Positions 32,654-44,100 of a DNA stretch of 64,000 nt are shown here, one piece after another. How positions within the stretch are numbered: the stretch's first letter is position 1; the number at the start of each line of letters is the position of its first letter. The stretch is taken from contig JAQOWU010000003.1 in the NCBI GenBank assembly GCA_030867685.1, forward strand, positions 1 to 64,000, given 5' to 3'. A program made the translations under genes and the position numbers. This DNA is from Wickerhamiella versatilis (lineage: Eukaryota). Below the pieces are notes generated by a model. That model was not told the origin of the DNA and ran no database searches. It worked only from the letters and a program-made list of their open reading frames with translations.

Positions 32654-32924
32654 CCCCAGGCCCAGGCAAAATTTCACTTAATACCAACCCGCTAGCCCAC
32701 GCGCGGAAATAATTTTTACGTCATATGTTCATAAAGGTGATTCTAATAATCTTTCAGGAGAAATATCATATGCGCGACTAATCCGCGAGAGAAAAGCGGA
32801 TGGTCCATTGTCAGCTTTGAGCTGAAGTTACTTGATTCTGGGGAAGGGGGAGCTACTTGACCCTCGGGGGATCTTCGCTACCGCCGCCGTTGCCGTTGCC
32901 GCTTAACGCGTTTGTTCTAAGATT
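32654..32924 (+). repeat. ~270-bp non-coding element, copy B
   Basis: Colinear similarity to 6953-7224, including the (gccgyy)n tract and gtttgttct. Confidence 0.8.
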
Positions 32925-33452
32925 ATGTTAACGTCTATCAAGATGTACGTGACTGCAGAAAAAGGCCCAAACTTATTATTGACTCAACCAGCGGAAACGT
33001 AAGCCATAGGGGTATCAAGAATAAGCCAATGTTCCAGTAGAAACATTTTCTGAAGTCTAAAAAATCACATCCAAGTATTTGACATATAATCGAAATACGG
33101 TATCGGAACTATATTGATTAACAATATATCGTGATAACGGTACGTTTCACTTCCTCAAGTAAAATTTGCCATGTGAATTTCAAGACTTCGGAAATGTAAA
33201 TCGTAAAAGCAGAAACATATCAGCAGACTAAAAAACTACATCCAACGAGCTGATTCTAAAAGACTATATACGTGAAAATCACGTAAGGATTATGTACGCT
33301 GAAACTTACAATTCAAGTCAATCGGTACCAGACAGCAAAGTAGGTGACTATCATGGATTTTTTCGTTTGCAAACATAACAAAAAGCTAGGAAAAAGTAAG
33401 GTATATGAAATAGATTTACTAATTGTAATACGTAGAATAACTGCCCTCAGAA

Positions 33453-35003
33453 TCAATAACTATATATAAAGTTCTTATTTTCCATGTCAGTTAAATCGTT
33501 CCATACCTGAGCTGCCTCTCCATCCTGATCCCTATCCATTTCTGAAACTTGTGAGCGTTGTCGTTTTCTGTTCCGCGAATAGTAGATCCCAGCCATAATC
33601 AACGCTAAGCCGAAGCTTGCAGCCTGCATAGCTAACATCGATATCTTTGCGGGCTCATAGTAAGGTTTATCTTTGCTTCTATAAGTAAGGGGCGATAAGA
33701 CATTCCCGAGTCCAAAACCACAGTTGATGAAGACCGAGACGACACCAATCTTTTTTGTGGAGCCAGCAACATTGGCAGATGCCCACGAGTAAACCACTGC
33801 TAAGGGAGCAGTAATACAGTTCACCAGATAAATGCCCGCCAAAAGTCCTCCCTTATTATCTTTTGGAAGGTATGACATTAACGCAGCCCCACATATGGCA
33901 GGAACCAATAGCAAGCATATTGCAATGTACCGCTTGGTTCCTCTCATAATAAAAAAAGTGGATATCCATGATGAAATAATGCTCACTACACCAGATGGCA
34001 TGTTAAGGAGAGCTGCCTCCTTCGCAGTGAAACCAAAACCCATGATATCTTGAGCGGAAAAAGAAGAAATGGTATTTGAAGACCAGGTTATTGTTACGCT
34101 TATGACCAAGTAGAGCCAACTTTGAGGGTCAACAAGGATTTCTAATACCTGTCTCGGCTTGAATTTGTAACTCTGCACTGCACTCTTGTTCTCGGTTAGC
34201 TCCAAAAGCAGTACGTATTTCTCCTTCGGTGTGAGCTTACTCGTGCTCAAAGGCTCTGAAGGAATGAAAATCAATACATAGACCCCACATACTAAATTTA
34301 AAAACCCCACCACCAGATACAGTATCCTCCAGCCTTGGAAAACATTACTGGTAACTAACTGGAATAGGAAAGACAATAGGCCACCAAATAGCTGCCCAAA
34401 GCCCAAGCCGGAGTAAAATATGCCAATTCGAAAAGCTGCCTGAGCCTTTGTGTAGAAATTCATGGTGAGCAGGAGCAAACAAGGCAAAACTGCGGATTCA
34501 GCTATACCCAAGATAATTCTTACCGCTAACATTCCTCCAAAATTGTTAGGTGCGGCACAACACATAGTGCATATTCCCCAGACTATAACATTTATTCCAA
34601 GCACAAGGTGAACAGGAAATTTTTGCAAAAGAAATGCCTGGAAAAACTCGGCAACGAGATATGCCACAAAAAAGAAAGTCGCCAGATAGGAAAATTGATC
34701 GCCCTTCAAATGCAGATCCTCAGGCATTTTCATGACATTAGAATAATTTAATGTGACCTTGTCCAGAAACTGCAGAAAGTATACAAACAGCATGGGGAAT
34801 ATAAGAATCTTATCCAACTTTTTCGTGATTTGCTTTAACGAAACTTCCTCGGGACAAGAATTGGGATCGAATGTACGAATGTATTTCAAGTTTTTGTTTT
34901 CGTGACTCAAAACTGATGCAAGCTCCCCAATTTTCAAGCTTACCGTATCAGCAGCGGGAACAGACTTTTCGGCAGACTTTTCGGCAGACTTTTCGGCATC
35001 CAT
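33453..35003 (-). CDS. MFS transporter, Dal5/Thi73 allantoate family
   Basis: YFLQFLDKVTLNYS, GIAESAVLP, GWRILY, NVAGSTKK, DLTDMENKNFIY. Confidence 0.92.
   Translation of the reverse strand: MDAEKSAEKSAEKSVPAADTVSLKIGELASVLSHENKNLKYIRTFDPNSCPEEVSLKQITKKLDKILIFPMLFVYFLQFLDKVTLNYSNVMKMPEDLHLKGDQFSYLATFFFVAYLVAEFFQAFLLQKFPVHLVLGINVIVWGICTMCCAAPNNFGGMLAVRIILGIAESAVLPCLLLLTMNFYTKAQAAFRIGIFYSGLGFGQLFGGLLSFLFQLVTSNVFQGWRILYLVVGFLNLVCGVYVLIFIPSEPLSTSKLTPKEKYVLLLELTENKSAVQSYKFKPRQVLEILVDPQSWLYLVISVTITWSSNTISSFSAQDIMGFGFTAKEAALLNMPSGVVSIISSWISTFFIMRGTKRYIAICLLLVPAICGAALMSYLPKDNKGGLLAGIYLVNCITAPLAVVYSWASANVAGSTKKIGVVSVFINCGFGLGNVLSPLTYRSKDKPYYEPAKISMLAMQAASFGLALIMAGIYYSRNRKRQRSQVSEMDRDQDGEAAQVWNDLTDMENKNFIYSY
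34961..34998. repeat. 12-bp tandem repeat x3 (cagacttttcgg) encoding (AEKS)3
   Basis: Directly visible; in-frame in the permease N-terminus. Confidence 0.9.
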
Positions 35004-36280
35004 ACCAAAAAGTACAAAGACTAGAAGCCGACAAATACACTAGTGTTTTTCGAGTTTGGTGAGGTTGAATTATCGTTCTGATATAAATTTAACGTTTTTA
35101 GACGTCTTGCCTCTGATTTATAAAGCAGTTATCTTATACGCGTGTATGTCATCATTACATCAGATGATAAAGTTCGCAAAGTCAATAAAGTTGCCGAGAA
35201 TTGCGAATTCCGGTAAGTTTGTCACCATTGCGAGTACGTAGTCTGAATATAATCAGCTGCCTATCAGTATCATCGAAATCCTCTTCACAAATTCAACCTC
35301 ATATGTGTGGGTGTACCAAACGGTTGGGAAGCTGTTTTTGTGACTGGAGCCACAGAAATTATTGGTGCACGCTGCAATAGGCTCTTCCTTCATAAGAACT
35401 ATAAAGCAGGGGTGTATTCGAGAATGATAGAAAAAAATTTAGAAGCTGGGAAGCGATGATCCAGTAAATAAGGGCCCTACTTTATTCTACAATTAGCTCG
35501 ACGTCACAAATTACCACGAGCTCGTAGTGGCTATGAAATGCAAGACAGTTGCCAGATATAGCCTAGCATACTTTATAAGGTGGTCCTGGTTCGAGGATCT
35601 CAGGAACTCACTTTACCACCGATTCTTCAAAAGATCAAAAGGCATTCGATATCGCCTATGGAAAATTGAAGTCGGAAGTTCTAGATATACCTATTCAGTT
35701 GCTCTCTTGACGAATCGCGATTTTTTATGAGTCTTTAATTTCCCCTGAAGTCTGTAAAGTACCATTTTTTCATGATAAGCTTTTTATCGAGCTTGGCGTC
35801 ATTAGTTATACGCTGCTTTAATTAGCTACCAGTATAAATCCACAACGATATAGAATATTAACTCTTTTGTCGTTTTACTAGCAGTATCATCGATTTGTGA
35901 CTTCATATCATAACCACGTGCTCTACAATTGTGAGTTTTTAGGAAGTCTCAAGATCGTCATGTTTGGACCTCTAATATACGGCTTTCGAGTATTCTAGTG
36001 TCTTCGCGACGAACCTTAACTTGGAATTTGGCCAGGGGTGGCTTTTCATGCCCGAGACGAAGCTTCTCGTAACCAGAATTCATCGAGCTTTTTTGCGGGG
36101 GAGACTCATAATGAGCGGACTGATGGCAAACATCACTCAACATTGCAACCCCCCCGGTGCCTTTGGATTCATCTTATAAAAATATTGCAATCGCTATTCA
36201 ACATATAATTTCCACTGTTTGAGGTCGTATCTGAACTTTGTGAAGTTCCACAAACTTCTCATCTAATCAAGTCATATTTT

Positions 36281-36307
36281 CTGAGACTGGCTGGAGCAAG
36301 AGCTCAT
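36281..36307 (-). repeat. Internally deleted copy of ~40-bp motif
   Basis: ctgagactggctggagcaagagctcat. Confidence 0.65.
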
Positions 36308-36419
36308 TTGGCCACCCATCTTCAGTATCCTCGGGGGTCACAGCATAACAGCGGTGGCACAAGATTACAGTCTTATCAGTCTAATTCAATAGTGTTCCAC
36401 TGGTTCAGGACAGGCGAAG

Positions 36420-37622
36420 TTATGTCTTCTTCCTCATGGATAGTAGAGGCGAATCGGAGTCGAACCTAATCTTGGATATATCATGGGCGTCAATGCATGC
36501 TTGCCGAGAAAGAAGGACCGCATTACTTGCCCTATTATTCACAATATAGCAGTAGTTAGTCACTACGTCATTCCATGATATACTTCCTGCTTGATACTGA
36601 TCGATCTCCTTCATCAGGTCCGCCACATCATTAATACCATGGTTTGCCGCCTCTCCTCTATACATAGTCATAGCATGAGCTGCGTCTCCAAGTAATATTA
36701 TCTTGTTGTTCATTGTATCCCACTGGACTTGCGGCCAATCTGCTAATTTAATCTCAACCAATTGCTGAGGATCTTGGGCTGCACGAGCTACTAATGCATG
36801 GAGATCTGGATGAAGGCCATTAGCATGTTTCAACATTGCGGCAGCTTTCTGCTCCCTGGTTTCAAATTCCTCATTTTTGTCTTCAACTTTCCATGATAAG
36901 TTCACCTGAGCATAGTATAGATTATCTTTTTTGGTGTATTCTGGGGTAGCAAGCATCGAAAACCAGAAAAAAGTTTCATTTGTGGGAACCGTCCCTTGAA
37001 ATAGGAGAGGATCAAACCGAGAGGCGATATAGTCGCACTCGTCGCCGGTTATTTGCACCTTTGCTCCACAAAACCGGATTGGCAAGTAGCTAAGCGCTCC
37101 ATCGTCTCCGCATATGATTTTGCGAGTTGCCGAATTGGACCCGTCACACCCGAGAAGAACATTTCCTTTAAAAGTTTGACCTGAAGCACACCTGACTGTT
37201 ATACCATCACTATTCTCGGATATTTCGGTGAGTTTGCAGTTCCATTGAACTCCAATGCCCTTGAGGAGGGTCCTTCTAATTTGCTCACGCCTGACACGAA
37301 GCCGTCTTGAGGGCGCTATTGATACCACCACATTACCGTTACTCGCATCAATATACTTGAAACTTCCTGTATCGTGCATGTGAAAGTCTTGGCGGACCTG
37401 AGCATCGTAAATTTCCTGTGCAAGTTTTGGAGGCAACAATTCCAAAAAGGTGTTCAACGCCCAGTGCAACGTGATGGCCCATCCAGCACTCTCTCTGAAA
37501 TGGACGTCAGGATCCCGGTCGAAAATCGTGAAGTCAATTCCTCTCGCCTTGAGAGCTTGAGCAGTCAAAAGACCAACAATACCTGCACCACTGATTAGAA
37601 CTTTCTTTGCTTCGGTTGTCAT
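36420..37622 (-). CDS. FAD-dependent monooxygenase (group A flavoprotein hydroxylase)
   Basis: VLISGAGIVGL, LLGCDGSNS (DG motif), LLGDAAHAMTMYRGEAANHGI (GD motif); start at MTTEAKK. Confidence 0.92.
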   Translation of the reverse strand: MTTEAKKVLISGAGIVGLLTAQALKARGIDFTIFDRDPDVHFRESAGWAITLHWALNTFLELLPPKLAQEIYDAQVRQDFHMHDTGSFKYIDASNGNVVVSIAPSRRLRVRREQIRRTLLKGIGVQWNCKLTEISENSDGITVRCASGQTFKGNVLLGCDGSNSATRKIICGDDGALSYLPIRFCGAKVQITGDECDYIASRFDPLLFQGTVPTNETFFWFSMLATPEYTKKDNLYYAQVNLSWKVEDKNEEFETREQKAAAMLKHANGLHPDLHALVARAAQDPQQLVEIKLADWPQVQWDTMNNKIILLGDAAHAMTMYRGEAANHGINDVADLMKEIDQYQAGSISWNDVVTNYCYIVNNRASNAVLLSRQACIDAHDISKIRFDSDSPLLSMRKKT

Positions 37623-38078
37623 TAATAGCGTTTCCACTTTTATCTACGGAAACTAGACAAAATCAGAGGAATGAGGAAATATCAGCGTTATATGCTGTGT
37701 GAGTAACGCACTGTCCCTCTTACAGATAACACGGTTATCAAGCAGAGCCTGTCGCAACCATATGAAACTTGCCGAAAGTAGCTTACGTTATTGAGCGGGG
37801 AACTGGTCATGGGGATGAGCCAGCTGTATCATTATTAAAGATAAAAAAGACAGCGTCTACATAATTAGTTTGACGATTAAAGGTATTATGGGGCATTTTC
37901 CATCCGATATGTTGATAAAAAATGTAGCAAACCTGAAGTAATATAAGCAATGTTGTCACGAACTCACTCTAAATACCGGATTATTCACTGCGTTCCGACG
38001 CCAGCGGAATTGACTGGTTATATAATAGGTTATTGTTTAGAGTTATCTGTTCAGCAACGACGAGAGGCTGAAATCACG

Positions 38079-39134
38079 ATGTCATCATCTCACGAAGCTC
38101 TTAATCCAATTCATCCGGATGTATTGGACAAGATGGATCCTGCATTTATTGGGATGTACAATAAACACATAGCCAACGTCCCAAACAAACCTTTTGATCT
38201 TTACAAACTTAGAGCTAACTACTCGAGAATTTACTCTTACGGTACAGGCGACTACCCTGAAATCAGGAATGTCGAAGAGGTGGACTTTTTATCTTTTGAT
38301 GGTGCTAAAGTTAAGATGAGGATATATCGACCAAATAATGCGGAAGTTGATGAAATACTCCCTGTGCATATCGATTTCCACGGAGGCGGAGGAGGGCTGG
38401 GAGACTTAGAAACCGAGAAGCATGTATTATGTCACTATGTGCAATTGACTCGGGTCGCAGTGGTTGATGTGGAATATAGATTGGTGCCAGATTTGCCTTT
38501 CCCGACATATATAAACGATTGCTTTTTGGCACTGAAGTATGTATATGAGAACTCCGAGATTTTGAAGATCGATAAAAGGTCGATTTCTATTGGTGGCGTA
38601 TCTGTTGGAGGGACCCTTGCATTTATCGTATCTCATCTTGCAAGAGACCATAATATACCACTTGTTCTATGTGTCGCTGGAACTCCACAAGTTGACGACG
38701 TCAAAGGGTATAAGTCTGCTCAGGATTCACCATATGATTCCGTAAGAGAGCTTGAATTTGCTCCCACCTTGAATTGGGCCAGAATAAAGTATTTTGACAA
38801 ATTGAAATGGGACTCATTGCCAGAATTTGAAACGGAGAAGAAGAAAAATATGATGGATATTGACTGGTTCAGGAATGTTATTACCGCACCAAACTTCGTG
38901 AATTTGCCGAAATCAGTGGTGTTGACTGCTGGCTGCGACCCTATGAGAGACGAAGGAGAAGCTTATGCGGCGAAATTATTGAAAAACGGCAATGAAGTGA
39001 TATTCAAACGTTACCCAGGTGTTCCGCATCCTTTTATGCACATGGATAGTTATCTCTGGCAAGGTAGAGATTATATAAAATATACTGCATTTGAGATCGC
39101 ACTTGCCCACAAGACTGGTATGGCGTTCGTTTAG
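38079..39134 (+). CDS. Alpha/beta hydrolase fold-3 (HSL-like esterase/amidohydrolase)
   Basis: DFHGGG, VEYRLVP, GGVSVGG, CDPMRDEG, GVPHPF; start at MSSSHEAL (ORF opens at 37950). Confidence 0.9.
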   Translation: MSSSHEALNPIHPDVLDKMDPAFIGMYNKHIANVPNKPFDLYKLRANYSRIYSYGTGDYPEIRNVEEVDFLSFDGAKVKMRIYRPNNAEVDEILPVHIDFHGGGGGLGDLETEKHVLCHYVQLTRVAVVDVEYRLVPDLPFPTYINDCFLALKYVYENSEILKIDKRSISIGGVSVGGTLAFIVSHLARDHNIPLVLCVAGTPQVDDVKGYKSAQDSPYDSVRELEFAPTLNWARIKYFDKLKWDSLPEFETEKKKNMMDIDWFRNVITAPNFVNLPKSVVLTAGCDPMRDEGEAYAAKLLKNGNEVIFKRYPGVPHPFMHMDSYLWQGRDYIKYTAFEIALAHKTGMAFV

Positions 39135-41101
39135 CTATCCTGTCTCCCGATGTGTAGGTAGGATAACTATCGTGATTCCCTCTTGCTTCTGTCCTGTCTT
39201 AGCTGTAATATATTCAAATTCTGCACAACACACATTATTTCATTAAAAGGGCTGGGGTAGTCGCTGTGAAATGCATTTGTCATTTACCGACTCACATACC
39301 GCAGAATGCTGCAGAATATGAGCTCAGCGGAAGTAGAAGTCTTGCAATATCTTGTTATCGGCTGAAGCACGACATCGATTTCAATCGCCTTGAGGAGTCA
39401 GTGCGCAAATTGCGTGAACCTTCGATTAAATTCTCGCCAAAGGTATGATCATGCCTATAAGTTGACCCAGACATGACTCTTTGCTGACGGCATCGTATGA
39501 GCCGACTTAGTGAGTAGCGTAAGCTTTCTAGCCGTAGTAACCCGGCAAATACATAAACACTTCCGAGGATTAATATGAAAGAAGGTACCCTCCATTTCCT
39601 TTGTACTATCTTTTCGAACTGGCTTACCGTCTGCGTCGGGTGGTCGTCTAACCTAGGCATGTTTAAAACCCTTATTAAAGTTTCAGTTTCAGTCTGAGAA
39701 ATTTACTAGGTCTCAAACTAATTTCACTCACTATACACTCGATTCAAAATATTGATTGAATGAGAAGAGATCCACAAACATTCATCAATCGAATAGTGCA
39801 GTAGTAGCAGGAATATTGCGGTCGAGCAGCACGGCACAGGTTTGCCGTGAGATTTGAAAACTCCTCGACTAGGGCGTTTCTTTTACCCACTCTGTTTTAT
39901 ATCGGTGGTATTGTAAACGCAGACTAGGCACTGTCTAAGTTGAATCATGCGACCTCTAACACAGTGTTAACGTTTTCAGTGGTGAAAGTTTTTCCGAGTG
40001 GTTTCGAGCTCGTAAGAACACCCAGCAAATTCTTGTAACACATGGTCATCCTTTAACAATTCAAATCACACTATCGAAGCTAAATACTGGTATATTTGGC
40101 TCACCTGCCTCATTTAGCAACAAAGACCTGGACTACAACTAACGCCCATGTTACCCATACGTAAGCGTCGACCAGGCCTAGGCACGATGAATGACATAAT
40201 CACAAGTCGTCCAGGCAACACTCGGCAAGCAGCAGAACACAACGCAGTATACATACCACTAACCAAGAGTCTCCAGGTACAGAAACTGGTACTCACCAGT
40301 ACATGAAGATAGGAAAATGCTATATATTGGATTATAGAGGACGATGCAAGATCGCCCACTGTCTGTGCGTGATGTCTCAAATTGTCAGTTCGGCTGTACC
40401 TGACCCGGGTTAGGTTAACACGTTTTTCCGAAATTTTAGGTTAATGAGAATATAGCACAGACACGGCATGAAAGCCCGCTACATGTATTAGTGCAGCCCT
40501 AGGTCTGTCTACTCGAAGTTGAAGCGCCATCTAGTCCAGTAAACTCGTCAACGTGATTTTTTTAGTTGCACTGGGCTAGGGCCCACGATCATCTGTATAG
40601 TGAGCTAATCGGCTAGTAATGCATGGACCTAGGCCATTTTAGTTATCGCTCAAAAATGCTGGTGGGCCAGCCGCCTAATCTTTTTCCTCTGATAATATCG
40701 ACTTAATCTCGGGCACTCGAACGCATAATACTGTCTTTTAAGATCGTCACACGAGGAATTGTGTCTAATGCTTAACATAATGGTAGGGCACGAAGGGAGC
40801 TGGAAATTAGGGCTAGGCCGATCTCTTCAGTTACTTAATATAGTTCTTTTTGGGCGGTATGGGATATTTTAACAGCGAGTATAGGGAGATGATACTTCGC
40901 CTCGGTTCCCATATGAATTATATGATAGATGCTATGACCTCCTATTAGATACATACATACTTTGGCTGTACTTCGAGAAAAAATAGTAGTCGTGGGCACC
41001 ACGCCGAAGAAATTGTGGTTATGCAAGATGCGCATACATATCGACTTTTACCTCAGCGTTTATGCATGCTTAAATATTCTATAAACAAGGTAGGTCAGTC
41101 C

Positions 41102-44100
41102 ATGTTGTCAACTATGATTAGCAACGGATACCATTTTTCCGTTTTGCTTCTGGCTTTTTCGTTCTTCGCAGGAGCGTGGGCTCAATACCCGCCTTGGGAT
41201 CGACCGGCCTCTTCACCAACGTTGACCGCCAATGGTTGTCCCCGACCAAGGGCCACAGGATCACCTGGCTTTAATGTCGACTACTGGCATTGGAAGCTTG
41301 ATGATAATTCTGTTGACACTGACCAGCAGATATTGGTTGATGGCTTCCGCCGCTATGGCCCTTACCTGGACGGCTCGGGGAAGCAGCTGACAGCCAGCGG
41401 AATAAGTGGATCGGATATAAATTTCGACAATTACCACAGCGGGAGCACGTTTTCAGAAAGACATGGTCGTGTATATGGTAATTATGTGACTGACACAAAC
41501 TTCGCCATGAACATGAGCGCGTTTTATTTCCCACCTGTTACAGGCACTTATAAATTTCACTTTACTGCTGATGACGGAATAGGATTTCGATTAGGAAATG
41601 GAGGCTCATGCTGCGGATCTGTCAGTGAAATCATCGGCAGTGAACTTCAGGTAAATACGTTCGGCGCTAATGGAAATTTCGCGTCTGGTGAAGGAACCTA
41701 CAGAACACACGACGTGTTCATTTATTTAGATTCTGATTTCATGTACCCCATTGAGATGGTATTCATAAATTATTATCAGGCAGCCCTGTTGAGCGTTACC
41801 GTTCAAACACCACAGAGCGACAACTATGGACCTCTCGAGGATGTCTATCAGGTGAATGCGAATAATGAGTACTGTGCTGAGACAACAATAACTGCGCCGT
41901 GGACCCAGACATTCACCAGTACATACTTTACCGAGATCACGGAGTCAGCAACGACCAAAGGCGAGGTAATTTATAGGCCACCAACGTTGTATGGCCAGAC
42001 GACTACTGTCGGCTATACAGGTGTCCAACCAACAACTGTCAGTACCGACGATGTCATCACCAGTTACGATCACACTTATACGCTTACTGACGTTACAGTG
42101 GAGACGCCAACGCAATTACCGGGTAAATCTACCACAATCCCATGGACTGGTACTTTTCCTACTACGATCAGCACTGACAAAATTATCACTACCTATGGCA
42201 ATACGTACACCGTACCTGATGTCACGGTAGAGACAACAACATTTTCTCCAACTGGAGAGACCACCACCATACCGGGCGCGTCTCCAACTACCATTAGCAC
42301 TGATGATGTCTTTACACTCAGCTCTCACACCTATACCGTCCCTGATGTCACGATAGAGACAACAACCTTCTCTCCAACTGGAGAAACCACCACGATACCC
42401 GGTGCGTCTCCAACTACTATTAGTACTGATGATGTGTTTACACTCAGCTCTCACACTTATACCGTGCCTGATGTTGTAGTGGAAACCACAACATTTTCTC
42501 CAACTGGAGAAACCACAATGATACCCGGCGCGTCTCCAACTACCATTAGTACTAATGAAGTGTTCAATATCAGTTCAAACACTTATACCGTGCCTGATGT
42601 TGTAGTGGAGACCACAACATTCTCTCCAACTGGAGAAACCACTACAATACCCGGTGCGTCTCCAACTACCATTAGTACTGATGATGTGTTTACACTCAGC
42701 TCTCACATTTATACCGTGCCTGATGTTGTAGTGGAAACCACAACATTTTCTCCAACTGGAGTGACCACAATGATACCCGGCGCGTACCCAACTACCATTA
42801 GTACTAATGAAGTGTTCAATATCAGCTCTCACACTTACACTGTGCCAGAGGTTATAATAGAGACTACAACCTTCTCTCCAACTGGAGAGACCACCACGAT
42901 ACCCGGCGCGTCTCCAACTACCATTAGTACTAATGAAGTGTTCAATATCAGTTCTAACACCTACACCGTGCCTGATGTTGTAGTGGAGACCACAACATTC
43001 TCTCCAACTGGAGAAACCACTACAATACCCGGTGCACTACCTACTACCATTAGTACTAATGAAGTGTTCAATATCAGTTCTAACACCTACACCGTGCCGG
43101 ACGTTATTGTTGAGACAACTACATTCTCTCCAACTGGAGAGACCACTACAATACCCGGTGCCCTTCCTACCACCATTAGTACTAATGATGTGTTCACACT
43201 CAGCTCTCACACCTACACCGTACCTGATGTTGTAGTGGAGACCACATCCTTCTCTCCAACTGGAGAGACCACCACGATACCCGGCGCGTCTCCAACTACC
43301 ATTAGTACTAATGAAGTGTTCAATATCAGTTCTAACACCTACACCGTGCCGGAAGTTATAATAGAGACTACAACTTTTTCACCGGCAGGAGAGACTACCG
43401 CGGTACCCGGAGTCTCTCCAACCACCATTAGTACTGATGATGTGTTTACACTCAGTTCTCACACTTATACCGTACCTGATGTCACGGTAGAGACAACAAC
43501 CTTTTCTCCAACTGGAGTGACCACAATGGTACCCGGCGCGTCTCCAACTACAATCAGTACTAATGAAGTGTTCAATATTAGTTCTCATACCTATACCGTG
43601 CCGGAGGTTATTGTTGAGACAACTACATTCTCACCTGCGGGAGAGACCACTACAATACCCGGTGCCCTTCCTACCACCATTAGTACTAATGATGTGTTCA
43701 CACTCAGCTCTCACACCTACACCGTGCCTGATGTGACAGTAGAGACAACTACTTTCTCGCCTAAGGGAGAAACAACTACAGTTCCCGGTGTTTCACCCAC
43801 CACCATCAGCACAGATGAACTATTTACACTCAGTTCTCACACCTACACTGTACCTGATGTTATTATAAGGGCCACGACGGGGTTGTCAACCACGAGGAAA
43901 TCTTCAGCCCTTCCAAGTAGCAGCATCCCCAGCAGCACTCACTCTAATATGGCATCTACTAGTAGTGGTGTGGAGACCACATCGCTCTCGTCAATGCCAC
44001 GGACGATATCATCCTCGGGGAATGATGGGCTTTCGAAGACAAGCAGGAGAATTCAGTGGCCTAGTAGTGGAAACTTTACCTATAGGATGCCAAGTCTATC

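Noticed and set aside
34961-34998. 12-bp repeat as a functional switch
   Set aside because: In-frame, in a probably disordered N-terminus; ordinary minisatellite.
35527-36170. Coding-like decayed stretches (also 6346-6670, 33000-33380, 39266-40380, 52900-53080)
   Set aside because: Could be gene or TE relics, but I cannot recognise any family by eye.
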